Numbered from the stretch's first letter, positions 48,195 through 55,938 are shown. The stretch is DNA of 64,000 nucleotides from Candidatus Avilachnospira sp. (GCA_045652125.1 JAZRTT010000019.1:56337-120336); one strand, 5' to 3'. Translations and numbers: made by a program. Notes: a model not told the origin generated them from the sequence alone.

Positions 48195-48464
48195 TCAATA
48201 GATCTGCCGGAACAGCACCCATTTATGGGTCCGGACCGTATATTTCAGTTCGTACAGGTGCTCTTTCCCGTCCTGCCGTGCCTTGCACAAATACAGCATC
48301 GCCTCAATACCTACAAACTCCACTTTGCGGCTGTCGGTCACCTGCTCCACATGGACTGTATGGAGCTGATGATCTTTATCCTCATAGCGAAACCGCAGAG
48401 GCCGCAGTTCCCCCTGGGCGTCACAGTGGACGATCACCTGTACCGGCAGATTTTCGCACTCCAT
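48195..48464 (-). CDS. Small (89 aa) hypothetical protein translationally coupled to the Y-family polymerase
   Basis: ATG at 48464 sits behind GAGGTGAG. The stop lies 8 nt before the polymerase start, and the polymerase SD sits inside its last codons. Beta-rich, no family recognised. It occupies the slot that YolD/UmuD-type accessory genes have in other SOS polymerase operons. Confidence 0.5.
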   Translation of the reverse strand: MECENLPVQVIVHCDAQGELRPLRFRYEDKDHQLHTVHVEQVTDSRKVEFVGIEAMLYLCKARQDGKEHLYELKYTVRTHKWVLFRQIY

Positions 48465-48474
48465 ACTCTCACCT

Positions 48475-48521
48475 CGAACATTTGTTTGCTTTATTTTAGC
48501 ACATACGTTCGAAAAACACAA
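48475..48521 (-). promoter_or_regulatory. SOS-type promoter with two LexA (Cheo-box-like) operators
   Basis: The minus strand reads TTGTGT-(17 nt)-TAAAAT. CGAACGTATGTGCT (48511-48498) fills the spacer, and CAAACAAATGTTCG (48488-48475) lies between the -10 and the SD. Compare the Gram-positive consensus CGAACnnnnGTTCG. Confidence 0.55.
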
Positions 48522-48599
48522 GGGATTTCTCTCTGAAAAATCCTTCACGGAAATGGCAGAAACGGCCCCCACCCTTTCGGATGGAGTCCGTTTCATTCA

Positions 48600-49256
48600 T
48601 CACGACTTCGTTTTCAAACCACTGGCACAGCGGTACATCTGCACAAGTCCGCCGCTCAACAAAAGGCCGCCAATGATATCCGTAAGCCAATGCACACCTG
48701 AAATCAGTCGTCCCACTACCATAAAAACAACAAACCCAGTCATTGCATAACAGATGCACCGTTTGAGAATATTATTTTTAATACGGCTATGAAACTGCAT
48801 CACAGCAGTGGGCATCACGCACATCACAAGCATTGTTGTTGATGAGGGATAGGATGCCTCCAGGTATCCATTTATCAATACGGGCCTGTAATTTACAACA
48901 AACCGCTCAAAGAGCAGATATACCGCCATCACAACGATATAGAACCCTCCAAGAACAAGAATGCTATGATCTACTTGTCTGAGGCGTTTTCTTTTGATCC
49001 ATTGAACAAATCCGAGGATGCCAAAGCCCATTACAAACATAATAGGCACCAGCCCCAGCCAATCCGTAATCACATACAAGGACATATGCACCCCTGTAAG
49101 ATTATGGACAAAACGGTTGACTGCTGCAAATCCAACCACCGTTTTCCGTGGACCGATTGCCTGTACATCAACAAAGCAAATCGCCGCCGTCCACATCATA
49201 AATGCCATAAGCATACACGCGGCAATCCAAAGGTCTTTTCGGGTTTCTTTTTTCAT
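48600..49256 (-). CDS. PAP2-family membrane phosphatase
   Basis: Polytopic. Contains YPSSTT (PSGH-box position) and SGVHWLTDIIGG (SRxxxxxHxxxD-box position). ATG at 49256 (MKKETRK) is preferred. Confidence 0.7.
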   Translation of the reverse strand: MKKETRKDLWIAACMLMAFMMWTAAICFVDVQAIGPRKTVVGFAAVNRFVHNLTGVHMSLYVITDWLGLVPIMFVMGFGILGFVQWIKRKRLRQVDHSILVLGGFYIVVMAVYLLFERFVVNYRPVLINGYLEASYPSSTTMLVMCVMPTAVMQFHSRIKNNILKRCICYAMTGFVVFMVVGRLISGVHWLTDIIGGLLLSGGLVQMYRCASGLKTKS

Positions 49257-49365
49257 TTGTTCAGCCTGCCTTTTCCTTTGTATTTGGCTTTCACCAAAAC
49301 ACATTCTAAAAGAAGGTCTGAACAACCGCAAGAAACGGGGTGTCACAGCAGTGATACGCTTCGTA

Positions 49366-49971
49366 TCATTGCCATTTCATAAGCATCAGCACCTTGATCG
49401 CCAGGAATATAAACAAAAATGCCGCCGCATAGGGCTGGGAGCTTATAATAAACAAGAATACTCCCATTACATTAAGGGCTATGGATATTTTGCTCTTATG
49501 CTTCATCCAAAATGTGTCCTGGCAGTTTTGCAAAGCAAGGGTCAGTATTCCAAATGCAACAATTCCGATCACAACCGCAAAATATGCCGTCTGCAAATAC
49601 GGTGCAATTTCTGTAAGAGCGAGCAAGGACACTTCCTGTATGGCTGTGTTTACTTTCTGACCAAAGAAAGGCAAAAAACAGAACATTGCAGCACTGCAGT
49701 CGAGCAGGCCAAAGACCAAATCACGAAGATATTTTTCCTTTTGCCTGGTATTCTCCTCTGCAATGCTCAGCAATTCATCGCCCGACAGCAGTTCATCAAT
49801 TGTTAGGCCGAAAAACTTTGCGATAGCTTTCAAGGAATCTATATTGGGATACCCTCTGCCAAACTCCCATTTGGAAATGGCAGTTCTTGACACAAAAAGA
49901 ACCTCCGCCAGTTCTTCCTGGGTAAGTCCTTTTTGCTTTCTTAATTCCTGCAATTTTTCATTAAATTCCAT
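49366..49971 (-). CDS. XRE-family HTH regulator fused to a four-TM membrane domain
   Basis: MEFNEKLQELRKQKGLTQEELAEVLFVSRTAISKWEFGRGYPNIDSLKAIAKFF (HTH_3), then four hydrophobic segments. Confidence 0.8.
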   Translation of the reverse strand: MEFNEKLQELRKQKGLTQEELAEVLFVSRTAISKWEFGRGYPNIDSLKAIAKFFGLTIDELLSGDELLSIAEENTRQKEKYLRDLVFGLLDCSAAMFCFLPFFGQKVNTAIQEVSLLALTEIAPYLQTAYFAVVIGIVAFGILTLALQNCQDTFWMKHKSKISIALNVMGVFLFIISSQPYAAAFLFIFLAIKVLMLMKWQ

Positions 49972-50164
49972 AATTCCTGCTCTTTTCAAACCAGCCGTTA
50001 TACGGCAAAAATCATCTTTTGATTCACTTTATCATATTTTTTCGATGATTTCAACGATTGTGAATATGCCGGGCTGCACCTTAAATCAAAGTAGAAAATC
50101 CTTGTTTGGTCTTTTCATTTTCCGGGAAGTATGTTATACTGATAGTCCAGTGAGGTGAACCGGC

Positions 50165-50629
50165 ATGGCCAAAGACGGCATCAAGATCATTGCAAAAAAT
50201 AATAAGGCCTACCACGAGTACTTTGTGGAGGACAAATATGAAGCCGGCATTGAACTGTTCGGCACAGAGGTCAAGTCCATCCGTCAAGGCACCATGCACC
50301 TGAAAGAGGCTTGGTGTCAGGTCAAGGACGGCGAACTCTGGATCAAGCAAATGCACATCAGTCCCTATGAGCAGGGCAATATCTTCAACAAAGACCCCCT
50401 GCGTCCCAGAAGGCTTCTGATGCACAAGCGGGAGATCAACTACCTCTTCGGTAAGGTCAAGCAGGACGGCTACGCCCTGATCCCCCTTTCCGTCTATTTC
50501 CGAGGTTCTCTGGTCAAAGTGGAAGTCGCTCTGGCCAAGGGCAAAAAGCTCTATGATAAACGGGAAGATGCGGCGAAAAAAGATGCCAAACGGCAGATCG
50601 ACCGCGCTCTCAAAGAAAGGAATGTTTGA
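50165..50629 (+). CDS. smpB: SsrA-binding protein SmpB
   Basis: [32 protein letters not shown]...LLMHKREI...[11 protein letters not shown]. Confidence 0.95.
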   Translation: MAKDGIKIIAKNNKAYHEYFVEDKYEAGIELFGTEVKSIRQGTMHLKEAWCQVKDGELWIKQMHISPYEQGNIFNKDPLRPRRLLMHKREINYLFGKVKQDGYALIPLSVYFRGSLVKVEVALAKGKKLYDKREDAAKKDAKRQIDRALKERNV

Positions 50630-50630
50630 T

Positions 50631-51170
50631 ATGGCAAATCCTGTTATTACCATTGAAATGGCAAACGGCGGAAAGATTGTTGCGGAGCTGTACCCCGAAA
50701 CCGCACCTCAGTCCGTGCGAAATTTTGTTTCTCTGGCCAACAAGGGCTATTACAACGGCCTGATCTTCCACCGGGTCATCTCCGGCTTCATGATTCAGGG
50801 CGGCTGCCCCCAGGGTACCGGCACCGGCGGCCCAGGCTACTGCATTAAGGGTGAATTTAAGCTTAACGGCGTGAATAACCCTCTGTCCCACAAGCGGGGC
50901 GTTCTGTCCATGGCAAGAGCCCAGTCTCCCAACTCCGCCGGCAGCCAGTTCTTCATCATGCATGAAGACGGTGATTTCCTGGACGGTCAGTATGCCGCCT
51001 TCGGTATGGTCACAGAGGGCATGGACGTGGTGGATGCCATTGCCGCCGTGAAAACCAACAGTCAGGATCGTCCTCTGACCGAGCAGAAAATCGCCTCTGT
51101 TACGGTGGAGACCTTCGGCGAAGAATATCCCGAGCCGGAGAAACTGAAAGATCCCTACGGCCGTTTCTAA
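50631..51170 (+). CDS. ppiB: Peptidyl-prolyl cis-trans isomerase, cyclophilin type
   Basis: YYNGLIFHRVISGFMIQGGCP.GTGTGGPGY...GVLSMARAQSPNSAGSQFFI. Confidence 0.9.
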   Translation: MANPVITIEMANGGKIVAELYPETAPQSVRNFVSLANKGYYNGLIFHRVISGFMIQGGCPQGTGTGGPGYCIKGEFKLNGVNNPLSHKRGVLSMARAQSPNSAGSQFFIMHEDGDFLDGQYAAFGMVTEGMDVVDAIAAVKTNSQDRPLTEQKIASVTVETFGEEYPEPEKLKDPYGRF

Positions 51171-51205
51171 TGTATTTCCGGGGCAGGAAGTCCTGCCCCC
51201 TATAT

Positions 51206-51553
51206 GGGGCTGTACTGGTTTCGACGGGGATAGTGAGGCCGGATAAGCGGGCAGAGGTGCCTCCCTCTTTAATCAAGGTAACTCTTTTAAATTAACTGAC
51301 AACAATACTGTTGCTCTGGCTGCTTAATTAGCGGCCCATCCGCCCCGGAAGGACCACGAGCCGGGCTCGGGTGTGATTTGAGTGGTGCCCGTGCGGCAGG
51401 AAAGAGTTGACCTGCCCACGCATAATGACTCTACCAAGCCATGGAGTGTGTTTGTTCACGCCATGGTAAGGGAATGCAAATAACAAACTCCGCCCGAAGA
51501 AAGTCTTGTCAAGTTATTTTCGGACAGGGGTTCGATTCCCCTCAGCTCCACCA
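51206..51553 (+). ncRNA. ssrA: tmRNA (SsrA)
   Basis: 5' GGGGCTGTACTGGTTTCGACGGGG and 3' ...GGACAGGGGTTCGATTCCCCTCAGCTCCACCA form the tRNA-like domain. The internal tag reading frame ends ...AAC AAT ACT GTT GCT CTG GCT GCT TAA (..NNTVALAA stop). Sits next to smpB. Confidence 0.9.
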
Positions 51554-51561
51554 AAATCATG

Positions 51562-51596
51562 AATCCTGTAATCTCAATGATTGCAGGATTTTTTCT
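51562..51596 (+). terminator. Rho-independent terminator of ssrA
   Basis: AATCCTGTAATC-(6 nt)-ATTGCAGGATT followed by TTTTC. Confidence 0.75.
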
Positions 51597-51750
51597 TGTA
51601 TTTTCAATGGTTTACTGGCTTTCTGTTGTGCATTTAATTGCGTAGTTTCCGTACATTTTTTCCTGTGCTACGCATTATATTTCTTATAAAATTACTAATG
51701 AAATTACTAATGAAACTGGCATCTATTTTATAAAATAATGCAATAACAAA

Positions 51751-51780
51751 TAAAAAAGAGGGGAGGCCGAAGCCTCCCCT
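51751..51780 (-). terminator. Rho-independent terminator of the 681-aa chimeric ORF
   Basis: AGGGGAGGC-CGAA-GCCTCCCCT followed by CTTTTTTA on the minus strand, 10 nt after the stop. Confidence 0.75.
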
Positions 51781-51789
51781 ATCGTCTGT

Positions 51790-53835
51790 CTATACAATAA
51801 TCAAATCATCTCTGTGTACGGCAGCAACCACAATGTCATTGTATGTAATAACCACACGATCACCGGCGATGCTATGCACCACATGATCCCGGCTATACAC
51901 AAAGGTAGCAAGAGCAGTCCCCTCGTAGGTCTTTGCGCCTCTCTTGACACGGACTGTACTTCCGTGACTGAGAGTTTCAGCACCCGGATTACCCGTTGCC
52001 TTGACCACGATTGCGGTAAATCCGGCAGTCTGCAATTTCTTGACCATTGCCTCTGCGTTTTTCTTCTCAGTAAACGCACCCACCTGAACCTTCCACAAAG
52101 CACCCACCTGAACCAAGAAAGCATCGAAACCAGCGACCTTGACTGCATGGCACTTATCGGATGCGTTCTTCTTCAGACTAAAAGCACCCGTCTGGACACG
52201 GTACAACACGCCAGAATTGCTTGTGCTGGGCGTTTCTGTCTTGGTGGTGGTAGTTTGTTCCTTGGGCTTATCGCCGCTTGTAGAGCCTTTCAGTTTGTTC
52301 CAGAACTCAGACTTCCACTTCGCATCATCTACCCAATAAGCAGGACACAGTTTGCCGGTAACATCGTAGTGACGGATCACATTGCTTTTCGGCACATTGT
52401 ATTTGTCCATCAGGTATTCGGCCAGTTCAAGCGCATTTTCAATGGTCTTTGCACTAGGATAGATCGTGCCGTTTCGCACATCGTCACAGATTTCAACACC
52501 AAGGGAATTGGCGTTGCCGAAGTTCCGCTTGCGAAGATTGCCATAGTCTGCAATATCGCCCTTGATGGCATCGGACACATTCAGTCTGTACCTTCTCAGA
52601 ACATTCTTTACCTCTTGTGTCGCATCGTCTGTGATCTTCTCTCTGTGTGTGCCGAACTTGTCCTTCAGTTCTCGGAATAACTGCTCTCTGCTCGGGAACT
52701 CAGCCATTGCAAAACTGTCAATCAGGCTGCGGACTTCTCCCATCTGATTGTCCTCAACCCAAAGAGATGCCTTCACATTCTGAGCAATCATGTTGACTGT
52801 ACTCTTGGGCATTGACATCTGATTGCCGTGTTCGCCATACTCCACATTGCGTACAGGGGGAGCATCCTCGTCCGTAAGGCTGTCAAACCGTTCAGGATCG
52901 TCAGAGAAGGGTGCAAAGTCATCCGGGAACATAGCCTCTGCGGTTTCTGCCTCTCTCACAGGGGCGATTTCCTCTACCTTCATCAATTCCTTGCCGAACA
53001 CATCAAATCTGGTGCGTGGGGCAAACTGCTTGCCGTCAGAATCGGAGAGGGAATAACTGACAGGGCCAACATCTGCCTCCCCGGCTGTATCCCCTTCCTT
53101 CATAAAGTTACGAATAGTGGCGTAATCATTACTAAATGTAAAAGAAGCACCCGATTCATCGGATGCTTCATCGTTATATTCAGCTTGACTTATGTCATTT
53201 CCACTATTGTATCCAAGAGCGCCTGATTCACTTCTTCTGGTGTCATCTGAAAGTTCTTCTCTGATAGCTTGTCCAAAAACAGTCGCATTTCTGCCGGTGT
53301 CTCTATGGCTGTTATAATCTCCAAGCAATCCTCTTTGGGTACTTTCATCATAATCATGAGCTTCGCTAATTTCACGCTCTGCTCTTCTGTAAGTGTTCTC
53401 GGCATTTTCCCCGTTCCTTTCGTTGAATTGCTGTCTGGACAGTTCTACGCACCCGTTTTCAGTTTTTTGATAATAGTGAACTTTGCCAAATCGAACAAAC
53501 CTTTTGACTTCGCCGACAGGCGCAGAGCCATTCTCCCAACCCAAAAACAATGTTTCCGTTTCACTGTATCTACTGCGTTTATTATACTTCCTTTTACTTC
53601 CGTTTTCAAGCCTGTACTTCGTATCACTCTGAGCCTTGCCGCCTTCTCTGTAAATCTTCTCAAAGGTTCTCTTGACCTTTTCCAGTTCACGGAATTCCTT
53701 ACTTCCGGCAGTTGCCACCTTGCACAGATACTTAATTTCATCAAATATCTTTTGGAACACATTCCTATTGGTCACGGACAGATGTCTGACAAAATCTTCA
53801 TCTGAGAAAAGGTATTCGCCGGTCATATCAGCCAC
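51790..53835 (-). CDS. Chimeric ORF: polyvalent-protein-like tail + C-terminal half of an Amidase_2 domain + SPOR repeat pair + SH3-like domain (probable gene remnant)
   Basis: GTG start. Residues ~1-470 carry phage/ICE polyvalent-protein-tail-like segments (YSETETLFLGWENGSAPVGEVKRFVRFGKVHYYQ, VSYSLSDSDGKQF). Next comes GNANSLGVEICDD...IRHYDVTGKLCPAYW (amidase C-half only). This is followed by YRVQTGAFSLKKNA.../WKVQVGAFTEKKNAEAMVKKLQTAGF (SPOR) and GSTVRVKRGAKTYEG...GDRVVITYNDIVVAAV (SH3-like). Confidence 0.6.
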   Translation of the reverse strand: MADMTGEYLFSDEDFVRHLSVTNRNVFQKIFDEIKYLCKVATAGSKEFRELEKVKRTFEKIYREGGKAQSDTKYRLENGSKRKYNKRSRYSETETLFLGWENGSAPVGEVKRFVRFGKVHYYQKTENGCVELSRQQFNERNGENAENTYRRAEREISEAHDYDESTQRGLLGDYNSHRDTGRNATVFGQAIREELSDDTRRSESGALGYNSGNDISQAEYNDEASDESGASFTFSNDYATIRNFMKEGDTAGEADVGPVSYSLSDSDGKQFAPRTRFDVFGKELMKVEEIAPVREAETAEAMFPDDFAPFSDDPERFDSLTDEDAPPVRNVEYGEHGNQMSMPKSTVNMIAQNVKASLWVEDNQMGEVRSLIDSFAMAEFPSREQLFRELKDKFGTHREKITDDATQEVKNVLRRYRLNVSDAIKGDIADYGNLRKRNFGNANSLGVEICDDVRNGTIYPSAKTIENALELAEYLMDKYNVPKSNVIRHYDVTGKLCPAYWVDDAKWKSEFWNKLKGSTSGDKPKEQTTTTKTETPSTSNSGVLYRVQTGAFSLKKNASDKCHAVKVAGFDAFLVQVGALWKVQVGAFTEKKNAEAMVKKLQTAGFTAIVVKATGNPGAETLSHGSTVRVKRGAKTYEGTALATFVYSRDHVVHSIAGDRVVITYNDIVVAAVHRDDLIIV

Positions 53836-54147
53836 AAGTTCTGCTTCTACCTGTGCATTGGATATACCGGCATGTCTCTGTTTTTTATTCTGACAAGATC
53901 GCCGTTCTGCACCTGCCTCTTAATATATTCATCAAAAGCATCTCGCCCGAACACAGTAGAGATTTTATTCACATCAACAAACACACGGTTTCATCGTACA
54001 TGTACGCCATATTGCCAGCAATTCTTCTAAATACCTGAAATATGCCCAGCGGCGAGAAAGGAATGGCGATCTCAAAATATCCCTCATTCCCTGATCACAA
54101 TGATCGCGCTTCGACCTTCTCATCTGTTAATCACACCAAGCAAACAA

Positions 54148-54195
54148 AAAAGGAAACAATCGGCTCCGAAAGGATGCCGATTGTTTCCTTTATAT
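54148..54195 (-). terminator. Rho-independent terminator of the zinc metallopeptidase gene
   Basis: AGGAAACAATCGGC-(11 nt)-GCCGATTGTTTCCT followed by TTTTTTGTTTG on the minus strand. Confidence 0.75.
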
Positions 54196-54266
54196 CCGTA
54201 TTTGGGTCTTAACAGCCCTCATGCAAAACGAACCTTGGGTGTAGTTTTCCCCTGCGACCTCTTTTC

Positions 54267-54950
54267 TCAATTTCGCCTGTTTCGGGTCAGCAGTACCAGG
54301 CGGAGAAGCTGCAAAATCGATGCCGCCAACGCCGCCACATAAGTCATAGCAGCCGCACGGAGCATTTTTCGTGCACCCCGCAGTTCCTCTCCGTCGGTCA
54401 AAATATTTCCGTTCTCCAGTTCTCGCAGCGCCCGTCCGGAGGCATTAAATTCCACCGGCAGGGTAATCAATTGGAAGAAAACCACCAGCAAAAACAGATA
54501 CACACCGATTCTGGCAAGCCCTCCATAGCCAAGAAGCAGCCCCAGCAAAATGATCGGCCATGAGAGCATAGAGCCGATATTGGCCAAGGGTACAGACGCT
54601 GATCGCAATTTCAGCGGTGCATAGCCTTCCTGATGCTGAATAGCATGGCCACACTCATGAGCCGCCACACCAAGGGCGGCAATGGAAGTTTGCCCGTACA
54701 CACTGTCCGAAAGCCGCAGAATCTTCTCCTTGGGTGAATAGTGGTCGGTCAAATTACCCCGGATACGCTCTATACGCACATCATAAATCCCACTACTGTG
54801 AAGAATCTTCTCTGCGGCACGCTCCGCAGTCAATCCTCTTGCGTTTGCGCAGCGGCTAAGACGGCGATAGGTCCCGCTGACATTTGCCGATGCAGCGATA
54901 CTGATCAATGCACCCAACAGCACCAAAAAATACGTAGGGTCCCAAAACAT
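54267..54950 (-). CDS. Membrane zinc metallopeptidase (YugP-like, Zn_peptidase_2 family)
   Basis: MFWDPTYFLVLLGALIS...LTDHYSPKEKILRLSDSVYGQTSIAALGVAAHECGHAIQH (HExxH) plus C-terminal TM helices. Confidence 0.85.
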   Translation of the reverse strand: MFWDPTYFLVLLGALISIAASANVSGTYRRLSRCANARGLTAERAAEKILHSSGIYDVRIERIRGNLTDHYSPKEKILRLSDSVYGQTSIAALGVAAHECGHAIQHQEGYAPLKLRSASVPLANIGSMLSWPIILLGLLLGYGGLARIGVYLFLLVVFFQLITLPVEFNASGRALRELENGNILTDGEELRGARKMLRAAAMTYVAALAASILQLLRLVLLTRNRRN

Positions 54951-55083
54951 TCCTCATTCCTCGTTTCCTGCAGATCCTGATTTGATTCTACGCAAATACA
55001 TCCGTTTTGTCAATCACTTGTATTTTATCCTCTCCGGCACATTCCATCCATCAAATCAAGACCAAGCAGAAACAGCATGATCT

Positions 55084-55375
55084 CTATTGATTGTTTTTCA
55101 AAGCACCCGTTGCAGGATTATCCAGAAGCGTTCCGTCATGCGAGAATCTTGAGCCGTGGCAAGGGCAATCCCACGAATGTTCCTGTTTGTTCCATTTAAG
55201 CGCACAGCCGAGGTGCGGGCATCGGGGCTTTGAGAATGTGAAAATATTTGCCGCAGAAGTTGCAATGTTATCCCAAAGCTGTGGGTGCAAGATCCCCCTT
55301 GCCGCATTGTGTTTCCAAACTGAATCCAATTTCATCACCATCATGAGTGTTTGCAATTTCATGGCTTTTAATCAT
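55084..55375 (-). pseudogene. Orphan Rieske [2Fe-2S] domain gene interrupted by a frameshift at a G5 run
   Basis: The downstream frame carries CPHLGCALKWNKQEHSWDCPCHGSRF (CxH...CxxH). The upstream frame from ATG 55375 (MIKSHEIANTHDGDEIGFSLETQCGKG) stops 9 codons after a GGGGG run (55298-55294). Removing one G joins the two frames into a ~96-aa Rieske protein. Confidence 0.5.
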
Positions 55376-55383
55376 AGGTGCTT

Positions 55384-55938
55384 TTATATTCCGTAATTTC
55401 CTGTTGTCGGGTCCTGGAAAAGGGGTATTTTCGGCTGAACAAACGTCCGGACGACGAACAATGCCGCAACAAGACACAACACCCAAAAAGCAAGCGAAGA
55501 TGATTTGCAAAAATTCATTTGGCTTTTCAGCAGCAGATTTTCAAGGCTATACGTTACACCTGCCGCAATAAAAAATATAACGATATTAAACCAATCCGCA
55601 TGAACTCCAAGGGCACCGGTATAGGTGTAATACAAAACCGGAATCAAAATGACACCCGTGATTATGCCTGTAAGTTTGGCACACCAAAAATTTTCAAAGC
55701 TCTTCCCGGCAGATTTATATTCGATCAGAGCAAATACAAACATCGGAAAGAACAGCAGCTTCATGTGCTCCCATATTGACTCGTTGACTGCCGAAAACGG
55801 TGCAGCAATCACGCTTTGGTTCATCCAATCATAGAGGAAATGAAGCAGAACGCCTCCTATTGCTGTGAAAATAAAACCGCCGATTTGCCAAAGTTTCAAT
55901 GACTTTTTCAAATTATCACCCTCAAACAATCTATTCAT
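55384..55938 (-). CDS. DUF6512-like polytopic membrane protein
   Basis: LHFLYDW...FSAVNESIWEHMKLLFFP is the pattern I associate with DUF6512. Five to six TM segments, and a visibly AT-richer gene. Confidence 0.6.
   Translation of the reverse strand: MNRLFEGDNLKKSLKLWQIGGFIFTAIGGVLLHFLYDWMNQSVIAAPFSAVNESIWEHMKLLFFPMFVFALIEYKSAGKSFENFWCAKLTGIITGVILIPVLYYTYTGALGVHADWFNIVIFFIAAGVTYSLENLLLKSQMNFCKSSSLAFWVLCLVAALFVVRTFVQPKIPLFQDPTTGNYGI

Larger units (their letters stand above)
51597..54140 (-). mobile_element. Decayed phage/conjugative-element remnant adjacent to ssrA (no integrase left)
   Basis: An AT-rich spacer follows ssrA. A chimeric ORF carries polyvalent-protein-tail and endolysin-derived segments. 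Three frame-broken coding fragments lie upstream of it. See findings. Confidence 0.45.

Noticed and set aside
51441-51689. 82-aa ORF overlapping the 3' part of tmRNA.
   Set aside because: It lies inside the ssrA structural RNA and its terminator, so it is not coding.
51691-51714. Tandem duplication ATTACTAATGAA x2 in the AT-rich spacer after ssrA. Checked as a possible CRISPR or iteron-like array.
   Set aside because: There are only two adjacent copies, with no spacers and no further repeats in the window. Most likely a slippage duplication.
54246-54266. Possible att duplicate of the ssrA 3' end (TTCCCCT shared with GATTCCCCTCAGCTCC).
   Set aside because: Only 7 nt match. No longer direct repeat of the tmRNA 3' end was found by eye between 51.6 and 56.6 kb, so the island boundaries cannot be defined this way.
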